Below, piece by piece: positions 52,705-62,320 of a stretch of 64,000 bases of DNA. The notes beneath the pieces were generated by a model. It saw only the letters and a list, made by a program, of their open reading frames with translations, searched no databases and had not been told where the DNA came from. Both the position numbers and the translations under genes were made by a program. How positions within the stretch are numbered: position 1 is the first letter of the stretch; the number at the start of each line of letters is the position of its first letter. Source of the DNA: an uncultured Sphingomonas sp. (GTDB taxonomy: Bacteria > Pseudomonadota > Alphaproteobacteria > Sphingomonadales > Sphingomonadaceae); assembly GCF_913062585.1 (NCBI RefSeq), contig NZ_CAJXWX010000003.1, forward strand, positions 136,438 through 200,437, given 5' to 3'.

Positions 52705-53436
52705 TTAGGCTTCGAGGCGCTGCTCGGTGTCGTACGAGAAGGAGGCGTATCGCGGCTCGTCGCTCGCCAACTCTACCGAACGCAGCAGTTCGGCGACCGC
52801 GCCCGGCACGAGAGCGATGGCTAGCGGCAAATAGGGGTGAAAACCTTCACGAATCTCCGCCAGGTCGATCACATCCTCGCCGAATCTAGCGCGCAGGCGC
52901 TGCACGACCTCGGCCGGGTGACGCGCCACCGAAGCGTGAAAGGCCTGCAGTACGACGCCGTTTCCCTCCCAGGCGATCGTCGCGCAGTAGAGCGATGGCC
53001 TCGCCGCCAGTCTGTGCCTTCCGCTGCGACCGCGCCTCGGCCGCGAGAGATGCGGAGTGTCGCCGTCACCATCGGGGGCTACGAGCCGGTCGAGCATGGC
53101 GGGATCGGCGTCCACCCCGAGCGAAAGGCCGTGCAGGACGATCGCGCGGACGAAGTGTTCCCGGTCGAGGCACGCCTCGATCGCCGGAGCCCCATCAAAG
53201 ATACGGCGAGGCGCGAGCATCCATCCCACTGGATCGATCGGGTTTGCCTCCCGCTGGAAGCGGGCACCAGCCTCAGCGGCAACCGTCACGACGCGGCAGA
53301 GGGCTCGACGCGTCGTGACGACGGTCTCGTCGCCGGGCATATCGTCATCCAACGGATCTTCGAAGGTAAACTGTGGAACCGGCACCACTGTGCTCGGCAT
53401 GTTCGACATTACGGTTGCATGCATGGTCATCTCCAT
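52705..53436 (-). CDS. hypothetical protein, possible Xre/MbcA/ParS-like toxin-binding segment
   Basis: PVGWMLAPRRIFDGAPAIEAC resembles the W..P...L.G..P motif; start could be 53424 or 53406. Confidence 0.6.
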   Translation of the reverse strand: MEMTMHATVMSNMPSTVVPVPQFTFEDPLDDDMPGDETVVTTRRALCRVVTVAAEAGARFQREANPIDPVGWMLAPRRIFDGAPAIEACLDREHFVRAIVLHGLSLGVDADPAMLDRLVAPDGDGDTPHLSRPRRGRSGRHRLAARPSLYCATIAWEGNGVVLQAFHASVARHPAEVVQRLRARFGEDVIDLAEIREGFHPYLPLAIALVPGAVAELLRSVELASDEPRYASFSYDTEQRLEA

Positions 53437-53513
53437 GTCCCCCGAATCCTGATCACGTTCCCGTCGCTGTGCGGTCTGTTCGGGAACGCGGTTAAGAATG
53501 GTGACACTGATTT

Positions 53514-53537
53514 ATATGTCAATAAGTCTGGACATAT
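53514..53537. promoter_or_regulatory. palindromic operator in divergent promoter region
   Basis: ATATGTC-N10-GACATAT perfect 7-bp inverted repeat. Confidence 0.55.
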
Positions 53538-53625
53538 TGAGATGATTTTGCCGGTGAATACCGCATTAACTATTTTTAGGGCCTCCACCACTTGCGATGC
53601 AAAAAATGTCTATTAATCTAGAGAT

Positions 53626-53973
53626 ATGGACCAGATTTCTGCCATTCAGCTGATGAGTGCCTTGGCCCAACCTACGAGAATGGCGGTGTTTCTCACATTG
53701 GCAAAGCATGGGGTGGAAGGGCTACCGGTCGGCGAACTAGCGCGGCTTATGGATACTCCTCCAAACACGATGTCGACCCATCTTTCGATCCTTGCTCGTG
53801 CAGGTGCAGTCGTCGCCAACCGGGACGGGCGGGTGGTAAGCTACAAAGTGCTTCCAGCCGCTGTCCGCGACCTCGCGCTATTCCTTGTGATGGGCAGCTG
53901 TGGGGGCGCCAAAAACCTAAGCGACAGTTTCGCGACCGCGCTGGACGAAGCATTTGCTGCAAACAGCCACTAG
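53626..53973 (+). CDS. ArsR/SmtB family transcriptional regulator
   Basis: ALAQPTRMAVF..L, VGELA, NTMSTHLSILARAG, RDGR.V.Y. Confidence 0.88.
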   Translation: MDQISAIQLMSALAQPTRMAVFLTLAKHGVEGLPVGELARLMDTPPNTMSTHLSILARAGAVVANRDGRVVSYKVLPAAVRDLALFLVMGSCGGAKNLSDSFATALDEAFAANSH

Positions 53974-54577
53974 GTGCCGAGAGCATCGGCGCGATAAGTC
54001 GGCACGAGCACTGGCGATCGTCACCCGTGGGTATCCGCATGCGCGGGGAATGCAATGTATCAATTATTATCGATCGCAGCCTGTAGGTCTGTGCCGTCAA
54101 TTGCCGACGTCTCAGTGGGAATGATTGGGGTCAGGGCTCGTTGATCTCAGCCAGAGGATGAAGGTGGCAGCGAGAGCAACGACGAAAGAGGCCGTGGGGC
54201 CGCGACGATAGCGGGTGGCAACGCGGGACAAGTTTTTAGGCAGCCGAACATGAAGCGATGCGGCAACGACCCCTTCCGCGGCGCTTGTCGTGCCGGACGC
54301 TAGTGGCTTAGTTCTAGTGATTTGTCCCTCCTGACACACCTGGAAAGTTTCGTCGGCGCATACGCGACGGTTCCGACCGCTCTTTGTCGCTGCATTGGCC
54401 GCGATACCTACCGGCCTATCGCTCACCGCTAAAATGAGGGTGATTCCGGTTCGATCGAGGGAATGCCGTAAAAACAAATGAAAGCTGATTTCCCCGAATT
54501 TCCTATCAGGAATTAATTTCCTAATACCATCTCGATTGCTAATCCGTATCGATTACAAGGGGAGGATACATAAATCG

Positions 54578-56224
54578 ATGGCGACGAACGTTCAGCAACT
54601 TCCACGAGGAGCCAACGATTCGGGGACGGAAAGCGATGGCCGTGGCATCATCCAGGCCAATCGCTCGAGTGAAATCTTCTTTGCCGTCGTTGGGCCGGTC
54701 GGTGCCGGAGCTTCACGCGCCCGAGATTCGCTTGACCGGGCCTGTCGCGAAGCAGGTTATAAAGTGGAGACGGTCAAGGTCAGTTCGCTCATCGCACAAT
54801 GGGGCGAGGCCAACCAATCTCCAGTTCCGGCGAATCTTTCACCGATCGATAAGGTTCGTCATCTGCAAGATCTAGGCGACCGGATGCGTGCCACAGACCC
54901 GACCAGGGTCGCTCGCGCAACGCTGGCCAAGATCGCCAGCCTGCGCGCCGCCCGGATCGGCAAGACGTTCACCCAGGGTGATGTCGTCAAGCCGGGTCCT
55001 GAGAAGGTGGCCTACATCATCGACTCGATCCGGCATCCGGCGGAGACGAGCCTGTTTCGTCGAACCTATGCCAACGCCTTCGCCCTGGTCGGAGTTGTCT
55101 GTGAGGAAAAGGAGAGGAAGAACCGCATCCTCGACAAGCTCTTCACCGGCCCTCAGCGACGAGACGCCGACCTGATCGCCGCAGCAGAAGCGTTCATAAG
55201 CCGAGATGCTGAAGACGAAAACGCCTCCCATGGCCAGCACGTACGGGATGCATTCTTCGAGGCCGACTTCTTCGTCGACAATACGCTGCAGGACCAGATC
55301 GACGAGAAGCAGTTCCTCGACGACCCGCTGGCCCGTCTCGTCAGTATCATCTCCCATGATAAGATAGAGCGGCCGACGATCGAGGAGACCGCCATGCATC
55401 ATGCGCATTCAGCGCGGGTCCGAAGCGCCTGCCTATCGCGACAGGTTGGTTCCGCCCTCGTGGACCGCGATGGTACCGTCGTCGCGACGGGTACGAATGA
55501 AGTGCCCCGCGCGGGCGGCGGGGTCTATGGCGAACGACCGCTGCTAGCCGACGAGCCTGATCATCGCTGCGCCTTTCGCGAAACCGCCTTCTGCAGCAGC
55601 AACGTCCAGCAGAACAGGATCATCAACGAGCTGATTGATTCGATCGATGAACTCAAGGCAGTGGCCGACCGATCGGCGTTGGTCAGCAAGCTGCGCGGTA
55701 CCGCAGTGGGGCAGCTCATCGAGTTCAGCCGGGCGGTTCACGCGGAGATGGATGCACTGCTTTCGGCAGGGCGTGAAGGCATATCGACCGTCGGAACACG
55801 TCTTTTCGTGACGACGTTTCCATGCCACTATTGCGCCCGTCACGTCGTCAGCGCGGGTGTTTACGAGGTGCAGTTCATCGAACCCTATCCTAAGAGCCTC
55901 GCCCTCGACCTCCACCAGGATGCGATCGCGATCGAGGAGCAGGACTGGCTACCGCCGGAGGAGATCGGGATGGCCGAAGCGAAGAGGCGTAAGACCGTGG
56001 CCGATCAGACGGAGCGTGCAGCGCCACGAACCGGTCGCGTGCTGTTCCGCCCCTTCGTGGGCGTTGCGCCCCGCCTCTATCTCAGGGCCTTCGAAAAGAC
56101 GCGTAGATTGAAGGACAAAAATACGGGAGACATGAATATCCAGCCCCCCGAATGGGGAGACGAATGGTCGCCGTTCACCGCGGCCTACCCCGAACTTGAA
56201 GCCGTATTGACCAAATCGTTATGA
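54578..56224 (+). CDS. anti-phage dCTP/dCMP deaminase (AvcD-like): P-loop kinase-like domain plus zinc deaminase
   Basis: AVVGPVGAGAS and DSIRHPAE in the N-domain; SACLSRQVG, TGTNEVP, HAEMDAL, PCHYC, EPYPKS in the C-domain; GGAGG RBS. Confidence 0.9.
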   Translation: MATNVQQLPRGANDSGTESDGRGIIQANRSSEIFFAVVGPVGAGASRARDSLDRACREAGYKVETVKVSSLIAQWGEANQSPVPANLSPIDKVRHLQDLGDRMRATDPTRVARATLAKIASLRAARIGKTFTQGDVVKPGPEKVAYIIDSIRHPAETSLFRRTYANAFALVGVVCEEKERKNRILDKLFTGPQRRDADLIAAAEAFISRDAEDENASHGQHVRDAFFEADFFVDNTLQDQIDEKQFLDDPLARLVSIISHDKIERPTIEETAMHHAHSARVRSACLSRQVGSALVDRDGTVVATGTNEVPRAGGGVYGERPLLADEPDHRCAFRETAFCSSNVQQNRIINELIDSIDELKAVADRSALVSKLRGTAVGQLIEFSRAVHAEMDALLSAGREGISTVGTRLFVTTFPCHYCARHVVSAGVYEVQFIEPYPKSLALDLHQDAIAIEEQDWLPPEEIGMAEAKRRKTVADQTERAAPRTGRVLFRPFVGVAPRLYLRAFEKTRRLKDKNTGDMNIQPPEWGDEWSPFTAAYPELEAVLTKSL

Positions 56225-56742
56225 ACGTAAGCTATCTCGAGTTTCCCAACCACGTCTCGGACGTTCAGGCCAACATGGCTCATCACGTCGACCATCTCGC
56301 GCGCCACGACGACCCCCAGCTCGAACTCGATCTGGGGGATCGGGCCTGTCGCATCATGAAGATCGCAGCCACCGAATCACTTCACGGTCAGACCCTATCG
56401 GCTCTGATCGACCAGGTTTCCCCCGAATTCGTGCTCGACCTTCGAGACGTCCTGCGCTTCAATCTTCCCGGGCTGTCACGGGACGTGTTCTTCCACATGC
56501 TTTCCGCTCGCGGCGTCCACTATGCGCGTGTTCCGATCGGTTGGCATAGCATCTCGCCCAAGGCGGTGACGGCGGGCGCTCCCCTGCCTGCGCGCCTTCA
56601 GCACGAGGCCATCGAGCGCTGGGGGGGCAATCTGGTCCTTCTGGTGTCGCGCAACGAGCATGCCCTTCATACCCAGGCCATGCTGAACATGGCTCTGTCT
56701 TCCCATCGCTCCAGAGGGTGGCGGATCGAGCGGGTGTCCTGA
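56221..56742 (+). CDS. hypothetical protein, 173 aa, degenerate DUF488-like
   Basis: ATGA overlap with the deaminase stop; FVLDLRDVLRF..GLSR..F..ML..RGVHY pattern. Confidence 0.7.
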   Translation: MNVSYLEFPNHVSDVQANMAHHVDHLARHDDPQLELDLGDRACRIMKIAATESLHGQTLSALIDQVSPEFVLDLRDVLRFNLPGLSRDVFFHMLSARGVHYARVPIGWHSISPKAVTAGAPLPARLQHEAIERWGGNLVLLVSRNEHALHTQAMLNMALSSHRSRGWRIERVS

Positions 56743-56941
56743 CGCCTGCCCTGGGGCAACTCGTATGTGTCGCTCCCCAATACGCTGAATTCGAATCTTG
56801 GGCATCGTGCACAGGCTAACCATTCGATAGACTGGGAAAAGTTCGAAACGGCCTCATCCGGCATGGTCCTGATGCGACGTTTCCGATAAGACTCTTTTTA
56901 GGGACAGGCCGGGGGGCCAAGGTCCGCTTTCGGATGGCGGA

Positions 56942-58345
56942 ATGATCAGGACACGACCTAGCAGCATCTTCGACAGGATCGTCATCTGGTCTTTCGATCG
57001 GCCTTTGTCGGGTCTGACGCGATATACTGTCGCAGCCTTGGTGATAGTTCTGGTCGCGGCGGCACGCATCCTGTTCGTGCCCGACGAACTTCCATGGCTG
57101 CTGTTCATTCCTGCGGCGATTGGCGTTGCGCTGGTGCTTGGACAGGGAGCCGGGCTGTTTGCCGCCGCGCTGTCCACGGCTGCCGGTGCCCTTTCGATCG
57201 GAAGCGCCTCCAACGACTATTGGTTGCCGGAACCGCAGTGGGTGGCGGCAGGCCTCTTCGTCGTGATCCTGACGGGGATGGTCATGCTTGCCGGCGAACT
57301 GCGCGAATCCATGCGTCGGTCGGTCTCCCTAAATGCCGAGCTGGTCGAGCGGGAGCGTTCGTCAGCGGAACGCGAGGCCTTCCTGTCCAGCGTCCTTGCG
57401 GCGTCGACTGACTGCATCAAGGTCCTGGATCTGGACGGCAACCTGACCTTCATGAGCGAAGGCGGCATGAAGGTGATGGACATCAGCGACTTCAACGCGG
57501 TTCGTGGCTGTCCCTGGCCGGAATTCCTCAAGGACGCCGGCTCGGTCCAGGCGCGCGCGGCACTTGATGCGGCAGCCGAGGGGCGTTCGTCGCATTTCGA
57601 GGCGGCGGCGGACACCCATATCGGCATTCCCAAATGGTGGTCGGTGTCGGTGTCGCCGATCCCCGGCCCAGATGGTCACCCCGCCCGCGTCCTGTCGGTG
57701 TCGCGCGACCACACCGCGCTGCACGAAGCGCGCGAGCAGCAGCAGTTGCTGAACGGCGAACTGAGCCACCGGCTCAAGAATGTCCTGACCCTAGTCCAGT
57801 CCATCGCCAATCAGACGCTGCGCGGAGCGCATAGCGTCGAGGACGCTTCGGCCGCCTTCTCATCGAGACTGGCATCGCTCGGACGGGCTACCGACGTTTT
57901 GACCACCACCGCCTGGCAGCAGGCGGAGCTTCACGACGTCGTCGATGCCGGCCTGTCGGCCGTGTCCGGCATGAAGGACAGGATCACGATCGATGGCCCA
58001 CGCATCCGATTGAACTCGCAGGTCGCTCTGGCGTTGACCCTGGCTCTTCACGAACTGGCGACGAACGCGACCAAGTATGGCGCGCTCAGCAAAGACACGG
58101 GATCGGTAGCTCTGCGATGGCAGGTGAATGGCAACAACGGAGCTTCCTGCTTCCATCTGATCTGGCAGGAACGGGATGGGCCGCCGGTCGTACGACCGAC
58201 GCAGCGCGGCTTTGGCTCACGTATGATTGAGCGCTCGCTCGGGGCCTATTTCAGAGGCAGGACGGTACTGGATTTCCCGGCCGAAGGCGTCGTGTTCCGG
58301 ATCGATGCGCCACTTGGCGACACCGGCGAACTGATCGACAGCTGA
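56942..58345 (+). CDS. membrane-bound PAS + HWE histidine kinase
   Basis: N-terminal TM helices, PAS (DCIKVLDLDG), ELSHRLKN, HELATNATKYG, WQE. Confidence 0.92.
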   Translation: MIRTRPSSIFDRIVIWSFDRPLSGLTRYTVAALVIVLVAAARILFVPDELPWLLFIPAAIGVALVLGQGAGLFAAALSTAAGALSIGSASNDYWLPEPQWVAAGLFVVILTGMVMLAGELRESMRRSVSLNAELVERERSSAEREAFLSSVLAASTDCIKVLDLDGNLTFMSEGGMKVMDISDFNAVRGCPWPEFLKDAGSVQARAALDAAAEGRSSHFEAAADTHIGIPKWWSVSVSPIPGPDGHPARVLSVSRDHTALHEAREQQQLLNGELSHRLKNVLTLVQSIANQTLRGAHSVEDASAAFSSRLASLGRATDVLTTTAWQQAELHDVVDAGLSAVSGMKDRITIDGPRIRLNSQVALALTLALHELATNATKYGALSKDTGSVALRWQVNGNNGASCFHLIWQERDGPPVVRPTQRGFGSRMIERSLGAYFRGRTVLDFPAEGVVFRIDAPLGDTGELIDS

Positions 58346-58346
58346 C

Positions 58347-58718
58347 ATGGGACAGGCCATTCCCCCACGCAGCATCCTCATCGTCGAGGACGAGCCGTTC
58401 ATTCGCTACGATCTTGTGGACTTCTTCGAAGACCGTGGCTTCAAGGTGTTCGAAGCCGAGGATGCAGAAGAGGCGATCGAAGTGCTCGCCGCGAACGCTT
58501 CCGTTCGGATTGTCCTGACCGACGTGCAGATGCCAGGATCCATGGATGGCGTGAAACTCGCCCACTTCGTCCGCGACCGCTATCCGCCAACGATCCTCAT
58601 CGTCGTTTCGGGCATGGCCAATCCATCTGCAGCCGACCTACCCGACCGGGCGGTGTTCGTGGGAAAGCCGTTCGACCCGCGCCATGTACTGGGCGTGATC
58701 GACCACCTTTCGGCGTGA
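58347..58718 (+). CDS. single-domain response regulator
   Basis: LIVEDE, LTDVQMPGSMDG, VSG, KPF. Confidence 0.92.
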   Translation: MGQAIPPRSILIVEDEPFIRYDLVDFFEDRGFKVFEAEDAEEAIEVLAANASVRIVLTDVQMPGSMDGVKLAHFVRDRYPPTILIVVSGMANPSAADLPDRAVFVGKPFDPRHVLGVIDHLSA

Positions 58719-58775
58719 TGGACCGCTCCGCGCGGCGGAGGTCGAATTTGTGAACACCCCATCATTCGGCAAGCG

Positions 58776-61535
58776 TCAGTTTCGGCGTTCGCCCGATCGT
58801 GCGATACGACGCTGCAGCGCGACCGACAGTTGGCCAGCCGAATAGGGCTTGCGGAGCAGATCGATACCTTTGACACCTTCCTGCGCAAGGACATGGCTAT
58901 AGCCGCTGGCGAGTACGACGGGCATGTCGGGCAGATCCCGCATGAGCCGCTTGGCTAGCTCGACACCGCCCATGCCGGGCATCACGACGTCTGAGAACAC
59001 GATGTCGAAGCCGTCGCCATCGGACCCGAGCCGTTCGAGCGCTTCCTCCGCGCTGGTTACCCACGCAGTCTGATAGCCCATGTCCTCAAGCAGCTGGGTC
59101 GCGAACTGGCCGACGCTGATATTGTCTTCGACCACAAGCACGCAGCGGCCCCCTCCGTCGATGTTCTCCTGCTGATCGGCGGACCTCTCTTCCGTGGCAA
59201 TCGCCGGATCGGCCTGTGGCAGATAGAGGGTGAAGGTCGCCCCCTCTCCGACCAAGCTCGAGACGTCGACGTCGCCGCCGGACTGCTTGGCGAAGCCGAA
59301 CACCTGGCTGAGGCCCAGGCCGGTGCCTTTCCCCACATCCTTGGTCGTGAAAAAGGGCTCGAAGATGCGCTCCAGGTCCTCGGGTGAAATGCCCGTCCCG
59401 GTATCTGTGAGTGATATGGCGACGAAGTGGCCCGTCCCAGGGCCATGACCGCGTATTGAGGGCATCTGCGCATCGCATCGCAGGCGGATCGTGACTGTGC
59501 CCTCGCCATTCATCGCATCGCGGGCGTTGACGGCGAGGTTGACCAAGGCCGTCTCGAACTGGCTGACGTCAGCACGCACGCGGCATATGCCGTCCGGGAC
59601 CTCGAACCGGACGAGCACGCGGCTGCCGGTGATGCTGTCGAGCATGTCGGTGATGGCATCGAGCCGCTGCCCGACCTCGAACACTTCCGGCTCCAACGTC
59701 TGCCGGCGGGCGAAGGCGAGAAGCTGACCGGTCAGCTTGGCAGCTCGGTCGGCGGTGTCGCCGATCGCATCGAGATAGCGCTGGCGCTTCTCCGGTGCGA
59801 CATTGTCCCGACGCAGCAGGTCGACCGAGCCGCGGATGACCGTCAACAGGTTGTTGAAGTCGTGCGCCACCCCGCCGGTGAGCTGGCCGATCGCTTCCAT
59901 CTTTTGACTTTGACGCAGACGTTCTTCCGCCTCCATCAGTTCAGCCGTCCGATCGGCGACCCGCTGCTCTAGCGTCTCGGTAAGCGTGCGGAGGGCCGCG
60001 GTTGCACGGTCGCGGTCCGCTTCCACCGCGCGGCGTTCCTCGACGTCGATCAGCACGCCAGGGAAGCTCTGTGCATTGCCCTCTGGCCCCATATCGACCC
60101 GGCCATTCGCCTCGATCCAGTAATAGCGGCCATCGGTTCGACGCACGCGGTACTGGTGCGCATAGGGGCCGCCGCGGGCAATGACGGCTCCGATCGCTTC
60201 CGCGAGGCCAGCCTGGTCGTCCGGATGGACGGTGGCGACGATCTGCTCGAGCGGGATGCCCTCGCGACCCAATGCCGGATCCAGTCCGAAGGTATGGGCG
60301 AACGCCTCGTCGATCGTGAAGCGATCACCAGGAACATCCCAGTGCCAGGTCCCGATGATGGCACCGGCAGCCAGCGCCAGCTGCACCCGCTCGACATTCT
60401 GGCGAGCGATGGCCTCGCTTTCCTTCAGCTTTTCCTGCGCTTCGCGACGCGCGGTGACATCGTTGAACAGGATGGCGATCTGGCGATCGGCGGGGTCGCC
60501 GACGCGAACCGTGCGCACGTCGAACCAGCGTCCGAACGCCTCAGCATAGTTTTCGAAATTGGTCGGCTCGCCCGTCCTCGCAACGTGGCCATAGGTCTCG
60601 AACCAGAAACGCTCCAGGTCAGGTGCGAACTCAGTGACCCACTTGCCGCGAAGATCGACACCCGACTGCTCGGCGAATGCAGGGTTCGCCTCGAGGAAGC
60701 GATAGTCGATCGGCTTGTCGTCAGCGTCGAACTTGACCTCGACGATGGCAAAGGCCGCGTCGATCGTGTCGATGATCGTCTGGAACCGCTCCTGCGCATG
60801 TCGGAGGGCAACGCCGCTCAGATGCTCGTGCGTCCGGTCACGCAGCATTTTGACGAAGCCGAGATGTCGATCATCCGCATCGAACAATGGCAGCATCTCG
60901 CCCGACGCCCAGAAGCGCTCGCCGTCCTTACGCAGATGCCATCGCTCGTCGGTGGCACGACCGTTCCGGAGGGCCCCTGACATCTCGTATTCGATACGAT
61001 CGCTTTCGCGGTCTTCCGGCGTGAAGAACCGTTCTGCATCCTGGCCCACCATTTCGTCGGCAGTCCAGCCGAGCACGGTCTGTGCGCCTGGATTCCAGTC
61101 GGTGATGATGCCTGACGGGTCGGTGACGATCATCGCAATGTCGATCGCATTTTCGAAAATCGCGCGCTGCCTGGCCTCGCTGGCAGCGAGCGCGATCTGG
61201 CTTTCGCGGAGCATGGCGACCAGTTCCCGAGAATCGTTCAGGTCCGCCAAGGCATCGGCAATGTGAAGTCTATGGGTTTTCGCCGCGGCCTGTTCGCGTT
61301 CCTGCGCCGCGATGGTTCGCCCATTGGCCTCGATCGTCTGCCTGCGGCTTACCGTCAGGTCGGTCAGGTGCCGATGTTCCTGTTCTATCTGTCGTTGGCC
61401 GAACTGGTCAGCCCGGATCTCAGCTTGCGCCAGCGCCGCGCGCAGATGCGCGACCTCCGCCTCGAGTTCCTCTCTGGTCATCGTATTCAAGGACGGTTCC
61501 GCTGCTGGCATCGCATGATTATTATCGCGATCCAT
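58776..61535 (-). CDS. hybrid sensor kinase: coiled coil, three PAS, HisKA/HATPase, receiver
   Basis: [50 protein letters not shown]; start 61535 or 61511. Confidence 0.92.
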   Translation of the reverse strand: MDRDNNHAMPAAEPSLNTMTREELEAEVAHLRAALAQAEIRADQFGQRQIEQEHRHLTDLTVSRRQTIEANGRTIAAQEREQAAAKTHRLHIADALADLNDSRELVAMLRESQIALAASEARQRAIFENAIDIAMIVTDPSGIITDWNPGAQTVLGWTADEMVGQDAERFFTPEDRESDRIEYEMSGALRNGRATDERWHLRKDGERFWASGEMLPLFDADDRHLGFVKMLRDRTHEHLSGVALRHAQERFQTIIDTIDAAFAIVEVKFDADDKPIDYRFLEANPAFAEQSGVDLRGKWVTEFAPDLERFWFETYGHVARTGEPTNFENYAEAFGRWFDVRTVRVGDPADRQIAILFNDVTARREAQEKLKESEAIARQNVERVQLALAAGAIIGTWHWDVPGDRFTIDEAFAHTFGLDPALGREGIPLEQIVATVHPDDQAGLAEAIGAVIARGGPYAHQYRVRRTDGRYYWIEANGRVDMGPEGNAQSFPGVLIDVEERRAVEADRDRATAALRTLTETLEQRVADRTAELMEAEERLRQSQKMEAIGQLTGGVAHDFNNLLTVIRGSVDLLRRDNVAPEKRQRYLDAIGDTADRAAKLTGQLLAFARRQTLEPEVFEVGQRLDAITDMLDSITGSRVLVRFEVPDGICRVRADVSQFETALVNLAVNARDAMNGEGTVTIRLRCDAQMPSIRGHGPGTGHFVAISLTDTGTGISPEDLERIFEPFFTTKDVGKGTGLGLSQVFGFAKQSGGDVDVSSLVGEGATFTLYLPQADPAIATEERSADQQENIDGGGRCVLVVEDNISVGQFATQLLEDMGYQTAWVTSAEEALERLGSDGDGFDIVFSDVVMPGMGGVELAKRLMRDLPDMPVVLASGYSHVLAQEGVKGIDLLRKPYSAGQLSVALQRRIARSGERRN

Positions 61536-61907
61536 ATTAGCGGCGACGGCGGCACCGCAATCGAAAAAAATGTTACGGATCGGGGCATTAACCCGTGGTT
61601 GCCAGAGCAAATGCAACTGCAATTCGGCTTGTCCCGACACGTTGACCAATTCGCTAATCTGATTGATGGTGATCGTCAGGACGATAAGTCAGTTCTCCAC
61701 GATGTACTGGTGGCTGGCCGCAATGAACGATGCATTCGATGCGGGACGGCGTGCCGGTGCCCCACCTCTGGGCTCGGCGGCCGATTGCCCGATCACCCAT
61801 GCCGAACTCATGCTGCGCATGAGCTGGATGAACGGCTCCAGTTGGAGCCGGATCAATGGAATTTCTATGCGAGCGTGAGTTGATCCGACCATCCGGTTGC
61901 CTTTTCC

Positions 61908-62090
61908 TCAGCCGGATGTCTCTACCGTGTCGCGCGCCCGTTCCCCGGTTGCGGCGAAATAGGCGGCCCTATTTAAATGCCGCGCTTTCAGGGTCAGGTC
62001 GTCGACCGACTTGGCCAAGGCCAATTCCTCATTGGTGCGTCGTTCAAAGTATGCCGGGCAATCTTCACTCACGCATGTCTCCTTTCGCAA
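61908..62090 (-). CDS. small helical protein, 60 aa
   Basis: AAGGAG RBS; YFERRTNEELALA...KARHL..AAYF. Confidence 0.6.
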   Translation of the reverse strand: MRKETCVSEDCPAYFERRTNEELALAKSVDDLTLKARHLNRAAYFAATGERARDTVETSG

Positions 62091-62265
62091 AGTGTTACCC
62101 GTTGCGAACGTTGTTCATGGCGGTCTGAAGGGCCATGGAGGGCGGCGTCGCGCATTTAGGCGACATCCCCCGTTTCGTGCCTGAACTGATCGTCTCGACT
62201 GCCATTATGTTCCTTCACGAGACAGAATGTTTCGAAACTGTATCAATCACATGGGTGGATTGTCC

Positions 62266-62292
62266 GGAACAAGATTGACCTCGGCATGCGTT
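62266..62292 (+). promoter_or_regulatory. candidate EcfG/SigT-type promoter
   Basis: GGAAC-N18-CGTT 28 nt upstream of the response regulator; spacer 1 nt longer than the usual 16-17. Confidence 0.45.
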
Positions 62293-62320
62293 ATGAAGTG
62301 GTCGGGTCGGGAGCCGGATC

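Noticed and set aside
53626-53973. Arsenic resistance operon
   Set aside because: Only the regulator is present; no arsC, arsB/acr3 or arsH
54112-54477. 121-aa minus-strand ORF upstream of the deaminase
   Set aside because: No RBS or motif recognised and atypical composition; treated as probably non-coding, though not excluded
61650-61907. Short ORFs at 61663-61878 and 61689-61892
   Set aside because: Mutually overlapping, no motifs; more likely promoter region of the hybrid kinase
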